Assembly (NCBI GenBank): GCA_964016885.1
Contig: OZ024753.1
Coordinates: forward strand, 20,398,001 to 20,462,000
Direction of reading: 5' to 3'
DNA length: 64,000 nt
Source of the DNA: Eledone cirrhosa
Taxonomy: Eukaryota
Made by a program: the position numbers and the translations under genes
The notes under the pieces: model-generated
Told to the model about the DNA's origin: nothing
The model's input: the letters and a program-made list of their open reading frames with translations, nothing else
Database searches by the model: none
Shown here: one piece after another, positions 12,780 through 27,200 of the stretch
Position numbering within the stretch: the first letter of the stretch is position 1
How the letters are laid out: each line of letters starts with the position of its first letter

Positions 12780-15700
12780 TCTGTGTGTGTTGTGATACAG
12801 TATAGTGTCTGGGGTGTTGGGAAGGATCTGTGTGTGTTGTGATAGTGTAGTGTCTGGGGTGTTGGGAAGGATCTGTGTGTGTTGTGATACAGTATAGTGT
12901 CTGGGGAGTTGGGAAGGATCTGTGTGTGTTCTGATACAGTATAGTGTCTGGGGTGTTGGGAAGGATCTGTGTGTGTTGTGATACAGTGTAGTGTCTGGGG
13001 ATTTGGGAAGGATCTGTGTGTGTTGTGATACAGTGTAGTGTCTAGGGAGTTGGGAAGGATCTGTGTGTGTTGTGATACAGTATAGTGTCTGGGGAGTTGG
13101 GAAGGATCTGTGTGCGTTGTGATACAGTATAGTGTCTGGGGTGTTGGGAAGGATCTGTGTGTGTTGTGATACAGTGTAGTGTCTGGGGTGTTGGGAAGGA
13201 TCTGTGTGTTTTGTGATACAGTGTAGTGTCTGGGGTGTTGGGAAGGATCTGTGTGTGGTGTGATACAGTGTAGTGTCTGGAGAGTTGGGAAGGATCTGTG
13301 TGTGTTGTGATACAGTATAGTGTCTTGGGTGTTGGGAAGGATATGTGTGTGTTGTGATACAGTGTAGTGTCTGGGGAGTTGGGAAGGACATGTGTGTGTT
13401 GTGATACAGTGTAGTGTCTGGGGAGTTGGGAAGGATCTGTGTGTGGTGTGATACAGTGTAGTGTCTGGAGAGTTGGGAAGGATCTGTGTGTGTTGTGATA
13501 CAGTGTAGTGTCTGGGGAGTTGGGAAGGATCTGTGTGTGTTGTGATACAGTGTAGTGTCTGGGGAGTTGGGAAGCATCTGTGTGTGTTGTGATACAGTGT
13601 AGTGTCTGGGGTGTTGGGAAGGATCTGTGTGTGTTGTGATACAGTGTAGTGTCTGGGGTGTTGGGAAGGATCTGTGTGTGTTGTGATACAGTATAGTGTC
13701 TGGGGAGTTGGGAAGGATATGTGTGTGTTGTGATACAGTGTAGTTACTGGGAAGTTGGGAAGGATCTGTGTGTGTTGTGATACAGTATAGTGTCTGGGGT
13801 GTTGGGAAGGATCTGTGTGTGTTGTGATAGTGTAGTGTCTGGGGTGTTGGGAAGGATATGTGTGTGTTGTGATACAGTATAGTGTCTGGGGAGTTGGGAA
13901 GGATCTGTGTGTGTTGTGATACAGTATAATGTCTGGGGTGTTGGGAAGGATCTGTGTGTGTTGTGATAGTGTAGTGTCTGGGGTGTTGGGAAGGATCTGT
14001 GTGTGTTGTGATACAGTATAGTGTCTGGGGAGTTGGGAAGGATCTGTGTGTGTTGTGATACAGTATAGTGTCTGGGGTGTTGGGAAGGATCTGTGTGTGT
14101 TCTGATACAGTATAGTGTCTGGGGTGTTGGGAAGGATCTGTGTGTGTTGTGATACAGTGTAGTGTCTGGGGATTTGGGAAGGATCTGTGTGTGTTGTGAT
14201 ACAGTGTAGTGTCTAGGGAGTTGGGAAGGATCTGTGTGTGTTGTGATACAGTATAGTGTCTGGGGAGTTGGGAAGGATCTGTGTGCGTTGTGATACAGTA
14301 TAGTGTCTGGGGTGTTGGGAAGGATCTGTGTGTGTTGTGATACAGTGTAGTGTCTGGGGTGTTGGGAAGGATCTGTGTGTGTTGTGATACAGTGTAGTGT
14401 CTGGGGTGTTGGGAAGGATCTGTGTGTGTTGTGATACAGTATAGTGTCTGGGGAGTTGGGAAGAATCTGTGTGTGTTGTGATACAGTATAGTGTCTTGGG
14501 TGTTGGGAAGGATCTGTGTGTGTTGTGATACAGTGTAGTGTCTGGGGAGTTGGGAAGGATATGTGTGTGTTGTGATACAGTGTAGTGTCTGGGGAGTTGG
14601 GAAGGATCTGTGTGTGGTGTGATACAGTGTAGTGTCTGGAGAGTTGGGAAGGATCTGTGTGTGTTGTGATACAGTGTAGTGTCTGGGGAGTTGGGAAGGA
14701 TCTGTGTGTGTTGTGATACAGTGTAGTGTCTGGCGAGTTGGGAAGCATCTGTGTGTGTTGTGATACAGTGTAGTGTCTGGGGAGTTGGGAAGGATCTGTG
14801 TGTGTTGTGATACAGTATAGTGTCTGGGGAGTTGGGAAGGATCTGTGTGTGTTGTGATACACTATAGTGTCTGGGGTGTTGGAAGGATCTGTGTGTGTTG
14901 TGATACAGTGTAGTGTCTGGGGAGTTGGGAAGGATCTGTGTGTGTTGTGATACAGTATAGTGTCTGGTGTGTTGGGAAGGATCTGTGTGTGTTGTGATAC
15001 AGTGTAGTGTCTGGGGTGTTGGGAAGGATCTGTGTGTGTTGTGATACAGTGTAGTGTCTGGGGTGTTGGGAAGGATCTGTGTGTGTTGTGATACAGTATA
15101 GTGTCTGGGGAGTTGGGAAGGATCTGTGTGTGTTGTGATACAGTATAGTGTCTGGGGTGTTGGGAAGGATCTGTGTGTGTTGTGATACAGTGTAGTGTCT
15201 GGGGAGTTGGGAAGGATCTGTGTGTGTTGTGATACAGTGTAGTGTCTGTGGAGTTGGGAAGGATCTGTGTGTGTTGTGATACAGTGTAGTGTCTGGGGAG
15301 TTGGGAAGGATCTGTGTGTGTTGTGATACAGTATAGTGTCTGGGGAGTTGGGAAGGATCTGTGTGTGTTGTGATCCAGTATAGTGTCTGGGGAGTTGGGA
15401 AGGATCTGTGTGTGTTGTGATACAGTATAGTGTCTGGGGTGTTGGGAAGGATCTGTGTGTGTTGTGATACAGTGTAGTGTCTGGGGAGTTGGGAAGGATC
15501 TGTGTGTGTTGTGATACAGTGTAGTGTCTGGGGAGTTGGGAAGGATCTGTGTGTGTTGTGATACAGTGTAGTGTCTGGGGAGTTGGGAAGGATCTGTGTG
15601 TGTTGTGATACAGTGTAGTTACTGGGGAGTTGGGAAGGATCTGTGTGTGTTGTGATACAGTATAGTGTCTGGGATGTTGGGAAGGATCTGTGTGTGTTGT

Positions 15701-16170
15701 GATACAGTGTAGTGTCTGGGGTGTTGGGAAGGATATGTGTGTGTTGTGATACAGTATAGTGTCTGGGGAGTTGGGAAGGATCTGTGTGTGTTGTGATACA
15801 GTGTAGTTACTGGGGAGTTGGGAAGGATCTGTGTGTGTTGTGATACAGTATAGTGTCTGGGGTGTTGGGAAGGATCTGTGTGTGTTGTGATACAGTGTAG
15901 TGTCTGGGGTGTTGGGAAGGATCTGTGTGTGTTGTGATACAGTATAGTGTCTGGGGAGTTGGGAAGGATCTGTGTGTGTTCTGATACAGTATAGTGTCTG
16001 GGGTGTTGGGAAGGATCTGTGTGTGTTGTGATACAGTGTAGTGTCTGGGGATTTGGGAAGGATCTGTGTGTGTTGTGATACAGTGTAGTGTCTAGGGAGT
16101 TGGGAAGGATCTGTGTGTGTTGTGATACAGTATAGTGTCTGGGGAGTTGGGAAGGATCTGTGTGCGTTGT
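12780..16170 (+). repeat. Copy 1 of a ~3-kb block duplicated at about 14 kb offset (copy 2 at about 27,100-30,115)
   Basis: Shared private variants: GTGTTTTGTG ~13208/27528, GATACACTAT ~14860/28805, CTGTGGAG ~15247/29192, GATCCAGT ~15373/29318. Offsets step from 14,131 to 13,945 through whole-unit indels. Confidence 0.88.
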
Positions 16171-19100
16171 GATACAGTATAGTGTCTGGGGAGTTGGGAA
16201 GGATCTGTGTGTGGTGTGATACAGTGTAGTGTCTGGAGAGTTGGGAAGGATCTGTGTGTGTTGTGATACAGTGTAGTGTCTGGGGAGTTGGGAAGGATCT
16301 GTGTGTGTTGTGATACAGTGTAGTGTCTGGGGAGTTGGGAAGGATCTGTGTGTGTTGTGATACAGTATAGTATCTGGGGAGTTGGGAAGGATCTGTGTGT
16401 GTTGTGATACAGTGTAGTGTCTGGGGAGTTGGGAAGGATCTGTGTGTGTTGTGATACAGTATAGTGTCTGGGGTGTTGGGAAGGATCTGTGTGTGTTGTG
16501 ATACAGTATAGTGTCTGGGGAGTTGGGAAGGATCTGTGTGTGTTGTGATACAGTATAGTGTCTGGGGTGTTGGAAGGATCTGTGTGTGTTGTGATACAGT
16601 GTAGTGTCTGGGGAGTTGGGAAGGATCTGTGTGTGTTGTGATACAGTATAGTGTCTGGTGTGTTGGGAAGGATCTGTGTGTGTTGTGATACAGTGTAGTG
16701 TCTGGGGTGTTGGGAAGGATCTGTGTGTGTTGTGATACAGTGTAGTGTCTGGGGTGTTGGGAAGGATCTGTGTGTGTTGTGATACAGTATAGTGTCTGGG
16801 GAGTTGGGAAGGATCTGTGTGTGTTGTGATACAGTATAGTGTCTGGGGAGTTGGGAAGGATCTGTGTGTGTTGTGATACAGTATAGTGTCTGGTGTGTTG
16901 GGAAGGATCTGTGTGTGTTGTGATACAGTGTAGTGTCTGGGGAGTTGGGATGGATCTGTGTGTGTTGTGATACAGTGTAGTGTCTGGGGAGTTGGGAAGG
17001 ATCTGTGTGTGTTGTGATACAGTGTAGTGTCTGGGGAGTTGGGAAGGATCTGTGTGTGTTGTGATACAGTGTAGTGTCTGGGGAGTTGGGAAGGATCTGT
17101 GTGTGTTGTGATACAGTATAGTGTCTGGGGTGTTGGGAAGGATCTGTGTGTGTTGTGATACAGTGTAGTGTCTGGGGTGTTGGGAAGGATCTGTGTGTGT
17201 TGTGATACAGTATAGTGTCTGGGGAGTTGGGAAGGATCTGTGTGTGTTGTGATACAGTATAGTGTCTGGGGTGTTGGGAAGGATCTGTGTGTGTTGTAAT
17301 ACAGTGTAGTGTCTGGGTATTTGGGAAGGATCTGTGTGTGTTGTGATACAGTGTAGTGCCTAGGGAGTTGGGAAGGATCTGTGTGTGTTGTGATACAGTA
17401 TAGTGTCTGGTGAGTTGGGGAGGATCTGTGTGTGTTGTGATACAGTATAGTGTCTGGGGTTTTGGGAAGGATCTGTGTGTGTTGTGATAGAGTGTAGTGT
17501 CTGGGGTGTTGGGAAGGATCTGTGTGTGTTGTGATACAGTGTAGTGTCTGGGGTGTTGGAAAGAATCTGTGTGTGTTGTGATACAGTATAGTGTCTGGGG
17601 AGTTGGGAAGGATCTGTGTGTGTTGTGATACAGTATAGTGTCTTGGGTGTTGGGAAGGATCTGTGTGTGTTGTGATACAGTGTAGTGTCTGGGGAGTTGG
17701 GGAGGATCTGTGTGTGTTGTGATACAGTGTAGTGTCTGGGGAGTTGGGAAGGATATGTGTGTGTTGTGATACAGTATAGTGTCTGGGGAGTTGGGAAGGA
17801 TCTGTGTGTGTTGTGATACAGTATAGTGTCTGGGGTGTTGGGAAGGATCTGTGTGTGTTGTGATACAGTGTAGTGTCTGATGAGTTGGGAAGGATCTGTG
17901 TGTGTTGTGATACAGTGTGTTGTCTGGGGTGTTGGGAAGGATCTGTGTGTGTTGTGATACAGTATAGTGTCTGGGAAGTTGGGAAGGATCTGTGTGTGTT
18001 GTGATACAGTATAGTGTCTGGGGAGTTGGGAAGGATCTGTGTGTGTTGTGATACAGTATAGTGTCTGGGGAGTTGGGAAGGATCTGTGTGTGTTGTGATA
18101 CAGTATAGTGTCTGGGGTGTTGGGAAGGATCTGTGTGTGTTGTGATAGTGTAGTGTCTGGGGTGTTGGGAAGGATCTGTGTGTGTTGTGATACAGTATAG
18201 TGTCTGGGGAGTTGGGAAGGATCTGTGTGTGTTGTGATACAGTATAGTGTCTGGGGTGTTGGGAAGGATCTGTGTGTGTTGTGATACAGTGTAGTGTCTG
18301 GGGAGTTGGGAAGGATCTGTGTGTGTTGTGATACAGTGTAGTGTCTGGGGAGTTGGGAAGGATCTGTGTGTGTTGTGATACAGTGTAGTTACTGGGGAGT
18401 TGGGAAGGATCTGTGTGTGTTGTGATACAGTATAGTGTCTGGGATGTTGGGAAGGATCTGTGTGTGTTGTGATACAGTGTAGTGTCTGGGGTGTTGGGAA
18501 GGATATGTGTGTGTTGTGATACAGTATAGTGTCTGGGGAGTTGGGAAGGATCTGTGTGTGTTGTGATACAGTGTAGTTACTGGGGAGTTGGGAAGGATCT
18601 GTGTGTGTTGTGATACAGTATAGTGTCTGGGGTGTTGGGAAGGATCTGTGTGTGTTGTGATACAGTGTAGTGTCTGGGGTGTTGGGAAGGATCTGTGTGT
18701 GTTGTGATACAGTATAGTGTCTGGGGAGTTGGGAAGGATCTGTGTGTGTTCTGATACAGTATAGTGTCTGGGGTGTTGGGAAGGATCTGTGTGTGTTGTG
18801 ATACAGTGTAGTGTCTGGGGATTTGGGAAGGATCTGTGTGTGTTGTGATACAGTGTAGTGTCTAGGGAGTTGGGAAGGATCTGTGTGTGTTGTGATACAG
18901 TATAGTGTCTGGGGAGTTGGGAAGGATCTGTGTGCGTTGTGATACAGTATAGTGTCTGGGGTGTTGGGAAGGATCTGTGTGTGTTGTGATACAGTATAGT
19001 GTCTTGGGTGTTGGGAAGGATCTGTGTGTGTTGTGATACAGTGTAGTGTCTAGGGAGTTGGGAAGGATCTGTGTGTGTTGTGATACAGTATAGTGTCTGG

Positions 19101-22100
19101 GGAGTTGGGAAGGATCTGTGTGCGTTGTGATACAGTATAGTGTCTGGGGAGTTGGGAAGGATCTGTGTGTGGTGTGATACAGTGTAGTGTCTGGAGAGTT
19201 GGGAAGGATCTGTGTGTGTTGTGATACAGTGTAGTGTCTGGGGAGTTGGGAAGGATCTGTGTGTGTTGTGATACAGTATAGTATCTGGGGAGTTGGGAAG
19301 GATCTGTGTGTGTTGTGATACAGTGTAGTGTCTGGGGAGTTGGGAAGGATCTGTGTGTGTTGTGATACAGTGTAGTGTCTGGGGAGTTGGGAAGGATCTG
19401 TGTGTGTTGTGATACAGTGTAGTGTCTGGGGAGTTGGGAAGGATCTGTGTGTGTTGTGATACAGTGTAGTGTCTGGGGAGTTGGGAAGGATCTGTGTGTG
19501 TTGTGATACAGTGTAGTTACTGGGGAGTTGGGAAGGATCTGTGTGTGTTGTGATACAGTATAGTGTCTGGGATGTTGGGAAGGATCTGTGTGTGTTGTGA
19601 TACAGTGTAGTGTCTGGGGTGTTGGGAAGGATATGTGTGTGTTGTGATACAGTATAGTGTCTGGGGAGTTGGGAAGGATCTGTGTGTGTTGTGATACAGT
19701 GTAGTTACTGGGGAGTTGGGAAGGATCTGTGTGTGTTGTGATACAGTATAGTGTCTGGGGTGTTGGGAAGGATCTGTGTGTGTTGTGATACAGTGTAGTG
19801 TCTGGGGTGTTGGGAAGGATCTGTGTGTGTTGTGATACAGTATAGTGTCTGGGGAGTTGGGAAGGATCTGTGTGTGTTCTGATACAGTATAGTGTCTGGG
19901 GTGTTGGGAAGGATCTGTGTGTGTTGTGATACAGTGTAGTGTCTGGGGATTTGGGAAGGATCTGTGTGTGTTGTGATACAGTGTAGTGTCTAGGGAGTTG
20001 GGAAGGATCTGTGTGTGTTGTGATACAGTATAGTGTCTGGGGAGTTGGGAAGGATCTGTGTGCGTTGTGATACAGTATAGTGTCTGGGGTGTTGGGAAGG
20101 ATCTGTGTGTGTTGTGATACAGTATAGTGTCTTGGGTGTTGGGAAGGATCTGTGTGTGTTGTGATACAGTGTAGTGTCTAGGGAGTTGGGAAGGATCTGT
20201 GTGTGTTGTGATACAGTATAGTGTCTGGGGAGTTGGGAAGGATCTGTGTGCGTTGTGATACAGTATAGTGTCTGGGGAGTTGGGAAGGATCTGTGTGTGG
20301 TGTGATACAGTGTAGTGTCTGGAGAGTTGGGAAGGATCTGTGTGTGTTGTGATACAGTGTAGTGTCTGGGGAGTTGGGAAGGATCTGTGTGTGTTGTGAT
20401 ACAGTGTAGTCTCTGGGGAGTTGGGAAGGATCTGTGTGTGTTGTGATACAGTATAGTATCTGGGGAGTTGGGAAGGATCTGTGTGTGTTGTGATACAGTG
20501 TAGTGTCTGGGGAGTTGGGAAGGATCTGTGTGTGTTGTGATACAGTATAGTGTCTGGGGTGTTGGGAAGGATCTGTGTGTGTTGTGATACAGTATAGTGT
20601 CTGGGGAGTTGGGAAGGATCTGTGTGTGTTGTGATACAGTATAGTGTCTGGGGTGTTGGAAGGATCTGTGTGTGTTGTGATACAGTGTAGTGTCTGGGGA
20701 GTTGGGAAGGATCTGTGTGTGTTGTGATACAGTATAGTGTCTGGTGTGTTGGGAAGGATCTGTGTGTGTTGTGATACAGTGTAGTGTCTGGGGTGTTGGG
20801 AAGGATCTGTGTGTGTTGTGATACAGTGTAGTGTCTGGGGTGTTGGGAAGGATCTGTGTGTGTTGTGATACAGTATAGTGTCTGGGGAGTTGGGAAGGAT
20901 CTGTGTGTGTTGTGATACAGTATAGTGTCTGGGGAGTTGGGAAGGATCTGTGTGTGTTGTGATACAGTATAGTGTCTGGTGTGTTGGGAAGGATCTGTGT
21001 GTGTTGTGATACAGTGTAGTGTCTGGGGAGTTGGGATGGATCTGTGTGTGTTGTGATACAGTGTAGTGTCTGGGGAGTTGGGAAGGATCTGTGTGTGTTG
21101 TGATACAGTGTAGTGTCTGGGGTGTTGGGAAGGATCTGTGTGTGTTGTGATACAGTGTAGTGTCTGGGGAGTTGGGAAGGATCTGTGTGTGTTGTGATAC
21201 AGTATAGTGTCTGGGGTGTTGGGAAGGATCTGTGTGTGTTGTGATACAGTGTAGTGTCTGGGGTGTTGGGAAGGATCTGTGTGTGTTGTGATACAGTATA
21301 GTGTCTGGGGAGTTGGGAAGGATCTGTGTGTGTTGTGATACAGTATAGTGTCTGGGGTGTTGGGAAGGATCTGTGTGTGTTGTAATACAGTGTAGTGTCT
21401 GGGGAGTTGGGAAGGATCTGTGTGTGTTGTGATACAGTGTAGTGCCTAGGGAGTTGGGAAGGATCTGTGTGTGTTGTGATACAGTATAGTGTCTGGTGAG
21501 TTGGGGAGGATCTGTGTGTGTTGTGATACAGTATAGTGTCTGGGGTTTTGGGAAGGATCTGTGTGTGTTGTGATAGAGTGTAGTGTCTGGGGTGTTGGGA
21601 AGGATCTGTGTGTGTTGTGATACAGTGTAGTGTCTGGGGTGTTGGAAAGAATCTGTGTGTGTTGTGATACAGTATAGTGTCTGGGGAGTTGGGAAGGATC
21701 TGTGTGTGTTGTGATACAGTATAGTGTCTTGGGTGTTGGGAAGGATCTGTGTGTGTTGTGATACAGTGTAGTGTCTGGGGAGTTGGGGAGGATCTGTGTG
21801 TGTTGTGATACAGTGTAGTGTCTGGGGAGTTGGGAAGGATATGTGTGTGTTGTGATACAGTATAGTGTCTGGGGAGTTGGGAAGGATCTGTGTGTGTTGT
21901 GATACAGTATAGTGTCTGGGGTGTTGGGAAGGATCTGTGTGTGTTGTGATACAGTGTAGTGTCTGATGAGTTGGGAAGGATCTGTGTGTGTTGTGATACA
22001 GTGTGTTGTCTGGGGTGTTGGGAAGGATCTGTGTGTGTTGTGATACAGTATAGTGTCTGGGAAGTTGGGAAGGATCTGTGTGTGTTGTGATACAGTATAG

Positions 22101-25100
22101 TGTCTGGGGAGTTGGGAAGGATCTGTGTGTGTTGTGATACAGTATAGTGTCTGGGGAGTTGGGAAGGATCTGTGTGTGTTGTGATACAGTATAGTGTCTG
22201 GGGTGTTGGGAAGGATCTGTGTGTGTTGTGATAGTGTAGTGTCTGGGGTGTTGGGAAGGATCTGTGTGTGTTGTGATACAGTATAGTGTCTGGGGAGTTG
22301 GGAAGGATCTGTGTGTGTTGTGATACAGTATAGTGTCTGGGGTGTTGGGAAGGATCTGTGTGTGTTGTGATACAGTGTAGTGTCTGGGGAGTTGGGAAGG
22401 ATCTGTGTGTGTTGTGATACAGTGTAGTGTCTGGGGAGTTGGGAAGGATCTGTGTGTGTTGTGATACAGTGTAGTGTCTGGGGAGTTGGGAAGGATCTGT
22501 GTGTGTTGTGATACAGTGTAGTTACTGGGGAGTTGGGAAGGATCTGTGTGTGTTGTGATACAGTATAGTGTCTGGGATGTTGGGAAGGATCTGTGTGTGT
22601 TGTGATACAGTGTAGTGTCTGGGGTGTTGGGAAGGATATGTGTGTGTTGTGATACAGTATAGTGTCTGGGGAGTTGGGAAGGATCTGTGTGTGTTGTGAT
22701 ACAGTGTAGTTACTGGGGAGTTGGGAAGGATCTGTGTGTGTTGTGATACAGTATAGTGTCTGGGGTGTTGGGAAGGATCTGTGTGTGTTGTGATACAGTG
22801 TAGTGTCTGGGGTGTTGGGAAGGATCTGTGTGTGTTGTGATACAGTATAGTGTCTGGGGAGTTGGGAAGGATCTGTGTGTGTTCTGATACAGTATAGTGT
22901 CTGGGGAGTTGGGAAGGATCTGTGTGTGTTGTGATACAGTATAGTGTCTGGTGTGTTGGGAAGGATCTGTGTGTGTTGTGATACAGTGTAGTGTCTGGGG
23001 AGTTGGGATGGATCTGTGTGTGTTGTGATACAGTGTAGTGTCTGGGGAGTTGGGAAGGATCTGTGTGTGTTGTGATACAGTGTAGTGTCTGGGGAGTTGG
23101 GAAGGATCTGTGTGTGTTGTGATACAGTGTAGTGTCTGGGGAGTTGGGAAGGATCTGTGTGTGTTGTGATACAGTATAGTGTCTGGGGTGTTGGGAAGGA
23201 TCTGTGTGTGTTGTGATACAGTGTAGTGTCTGGGGTGTTGGGAAGGATCTGTGTGTGTTGTGATACAGTATAGTGTCTGGGGAGTTGGGAAGGATCTGTG
23301 TGTGTTGTGATACAGTATAGTGTCTGGGGTGTTGGGAAGGATCTGTGTGTGTTGTAATACAGTGTAGTGTCTGGGGAGTTGGGAAGGATCTGTGTGTGTT
23401 GTGATACAGTGTAGTGCCTAGGGAGTTGGGAAGGATCTGTGTGTGTTGTGATACAGTATAGTGTCTGGTGAGTTGGGGAGGATCTGTGTGTGTTGTGATA
23501 CAGTATAGTGTCTGGGGTTTTGGGAAGGATCTGTGTGTGTTGTGATAGAGTGTAGTGTCTGGGGTGTTGGGAAGGATCTGTGTGTGTTGTGATACAGTGT
23601 AGTGTCTGGGGTGTTGGAAAGAATCTGTGTGTGTTGTGATACAGTATAGTGTCTGGGGAGTTGGGAAGGATCTGTGTGTGTTGTGATACAGTATAGTGTC
23701 TTGGGTGTTGGGAAGGATCTGTGTGTGTTGTGATACAGTGTAGTGTCTGGGGAGTTGGGAAGGATATGTGTGTGTTGTGATACAGTATAGTGTCTGGGGA
23801 GTTGGGAAGGATCTGTGTGTGTTGTGATACAGTATAGTGTCTGGGGTGTTGGGAAGGATCTGTGTGTGTTGTGATACAGTGTAGTGTCTGATGAGTTGGG
23901 AAGGATCTGTGTGTGTTGTGATACAGTGTGTTGTCTGGGGTGTTGGGAAGGATCTGTGTGTGTTGTGATACAGTATAGTGTCTGGGAAGTTGGGAAGGAT
24001 CTGTGTGTGTTGTGATACAGTATAGTGTCTGGGGAGTTGGGAAGGATCTGTGTGTGTTGTGATACAGTATAGTGTCTGGGGAGTTGGGAAGGATCTGTGT
24101 GTGTTGTGATACAGTATAGTGTCTGGGGTGTTGGGAAGGATCTGTGTGTGTTGTGATAGTGTAGTGTCTGGGGTGTTGGGAAGGATCTGTGTGTGTTGTG
24201 ATACAGTATAGTGTCTGGGGAGTTGGGAAGGATCTGTGTGTGTTGTGATACAGTATAGTGTCTGGGGTGTTGGGAAGGATCTGTGTGTGTTGTGATACAG
24301 TGTAGTGTCTGGGGAGTTGGGAAGGATCTGTGTGTGTTGTGATACAGTGTAGTGTCTGGGGAGTTGGGAAGGATCTGTGTGTGTTGTGATACAGTGTAGT
24401 GTCTGGGGAGTTGGGAAGGATCTGTGTGTGTTGTGAGACAGTGTAGTTACTGGGGAGTTGGGAAGGATCTGTGTGTGTTGTGATACAGTATAGTGTCTGG
24501 GATGTTGGGAAGGATCTGTGTGTGTTGTGATACAGTGTAGTGTCTGGGGTGTTGGGAAGGATATGTGTGTGTTGTGATACAGTATAGTGTCTGGGGAGTT
24601 GGGAAGGATCTGTGTGTGTTGTGATACAGTGTAGTTACTGGGGAGTTGGGAAGGATCTGTGTGTGTTGTGATACAGTATAGTGTCTGGGGTGTTGGGAAG
24701 GATCTGTGTGTGTTGTGATACAGTGTAGTGTCTGGGGTGTTGGGAAGGATCTGTGTGTGTTGTGATACAGTATAGTGTCTGGGGAGTTGGGAAGGATCTG
24801 TGTGTGTTCTGATACAGTATAGTGTCTGGGGTGTTGGGAAGGATCTGTGTGTGTTGTGATACAGTGTAGTGTCTGGGGATTTGGGAAGGATCTGTGTGTG
24901 TTGTGATACAGTGTAGTGTCTAGGGAGTTGGGAAGGATCTGTGTGTGTTGTGATACAGTATAGTGTCTGGGGAGTTGGGAAGGATCTGTGTGCGTTGTGA
25001 TACAGTATAGTGTCTGGGGTGTTGGGAAGGATCTGTGTGTGTTGTGATACAGTATAGTGTCTTGGGTGTTGGGAAGGATCTGTGTGTGTTGTGATACAGT

Positions 25101-27200
25101 GTAGTGTCTAGGGAGTTGGGAAGGATCTGTGTGTGTTGTGATACAGTATAGTGTCTGGGGAGTTGGGAAGGATCTGTGTGCGTTGTGATACAGTATAGTG
25201 TCTGGGGAGTTGGGAAGGATCTGTGTGTGGTGTGATACAGTGTAGTGTCTGGAGAGTTGGGAAGGATCTGTGTGTGTTGTGATACAGTGTAGTGTCTGGG
25301 GAGTTGGGAAGGATCTGTGTGTGTTGTGATACAGTGTAGTGTCTGGGGAGTTGGGAAGGATCTGTGTGTGTTGTGATACAGTATAGTATCTGGGGAGTTG
25401 GGAAGGATCTGTGTGTGTTGTGATACAGTGTAGTGTCTGGGGAGTTGGGAAGGATCTGTGTGTGTTGTGATACAGTATAGTGTCTGGGGTGTTGGGAAGG
25501 ATCTGTGTGTGTTGTGATACAGTATAGTGTCTGGGGAGTTGGGAAGGATCTGTGTGTGTTGTGATACAGTATAGTGTCTGGGGTGTTGGAAGGATCTGTG
25601 TGTGTTGTGATACAGTGTAGTGTCTGGGGAGTTGGGAAGGATCTGTGTGTGTTGTGATACAGTATAGTGTCTGGTGTGTTGGGAAGGATCTGTGTGTGTT
25701 GTGATACAGTGTAGTGTCTGGGGTGTTGGGAAGGATCTGTGTGTGTTGTGATACAGTGTAGTGTCTGGGGTGTTGGGAAGGATCTGTGTGTGTTGTGATA
25801 CAGTATAGTGTCTGGGGAGTTGGGAAGGATCTGTGTGTGTTGTGATACAGTATAGTGTCTGGGGAGTTGGGAAGGATCTGTGTGTGTTGTGATACAGTAT
25901 AGTGTCTGGTGTGTTGGGAAGGATCTGTGTGTGTTGTGATACAGTGTAGTGTCTGGGGAGTTGGGATGGATCTGTGTGTGTTGTGATACAGTGTAGTGTC
26001 TGGGGAGTTGGGAAGGATCTGTGTGTGTTGTGATACAGTGTAGTGTCTGGGGAGTTGGGAAGGATCTGTGTGTGTTGTGATACAGTGTAGTGTCTGGGGA
26101 GTTGGGAAGGATCTGTGTGTGTTGTGATACAGTATAGTGTCTGGGGTGTTGGGAAGGATCTGTGTGTGTTGTGATACAGTGTAGTGTCTGGGGTGTTGGG
26201 AAGGATCTGTGTGTGTTGTGATACAGTATAGTGTCTGGGGAGTTGGGAAGGATCTGTGTGTGTTGTGATACAGTATAGTGTCTGGGGTGTTGGGAAGGAT
26301 CTGTGTGTGTTGTAATACAGTGTAGTGTCTGGGGAGTTGGGAAGGATCTGTGTGTGTTGTGATACAGTGTAGTGCCTAGGGAGTTGGGAAGGATCTGTGT
26401 GTGTTGTGATACAGTATAGTGTCTGGTGAGTTGGGGAGGATCTGTGTGTGTTGTGATACAGTATAGTGTCTGGGGTTTTGGGAAGGATCTGTGTGTGTTG
26501 TGATAGAGTGTAGTGTCTGGGGTGTTGGGAAGGATCTGTGTGTGTTGTGATACAGTGTAGTGTCTGGGGTGTTGGAAAGAATCTGTGTGTGTTGTGATAC
26601 AGTATAGTGTCTGGGGAGTTGGGAAGGATCTGTGTGTGTTGTGATACAGTATAGTGTCTTGGGTGTTGGGAAGGATCTGTGTGTGTTGTGATACAGTGTA
26701 GTGTCTGGGGAGTTGGGGAGGATCTGTGTGTGTTGTGATACAGTGTAGTGTCTGGGGAGTTGGGAAGGATATGTGTGTGTTGTGATACAGTATAGTGTCT
26801 GGGGAGTTGGGAAGGATCTGTGTGTGTTGTGATACAGTATAGTGTCTGGGGTGTTGGGAAGGATCTGTGTGTGTTGTGATACAGTGTAGTGTCTGATGAG
26901 TTGGGAAGGATCTGTGTGTGTTGTGATACAGTGTGTTGTCTGGGGTGTTGGGAAGGATCTGTGTGTGTTGTGATACAGTATAGTGTCTGGGAAGTTGGGA
27001 AGGATCTGTGTGTGTTGTGATACAGTATAGTGTCTGGGGAGTTGGGAAGGATCTGTGTGTGTTGTGATACAGTATAGTGTCTGGGGAGTTGGGAAGGATC
27101 TGTGTGTGTTGTGATACAGTATAGTGTCTGGGGTGTTGGGAAGGATCTGTGTGTGTTGTGATAGTGTAGTGTCTGGGGTGTTGGGAAGGATCTGTGTGTG
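16170..27200 (+). repeat. Local sub-array of four related HOR copies (spacings about 4086, 1972 and 2958 bp)
   Basis: Private variant GTTGGAAAGAATC at ~17555, 21641, 23613, 26571. The 2-bp deletion GTGATAGTG lies at ~18143, 22228, 24153, 27158. Confidence 0.88.
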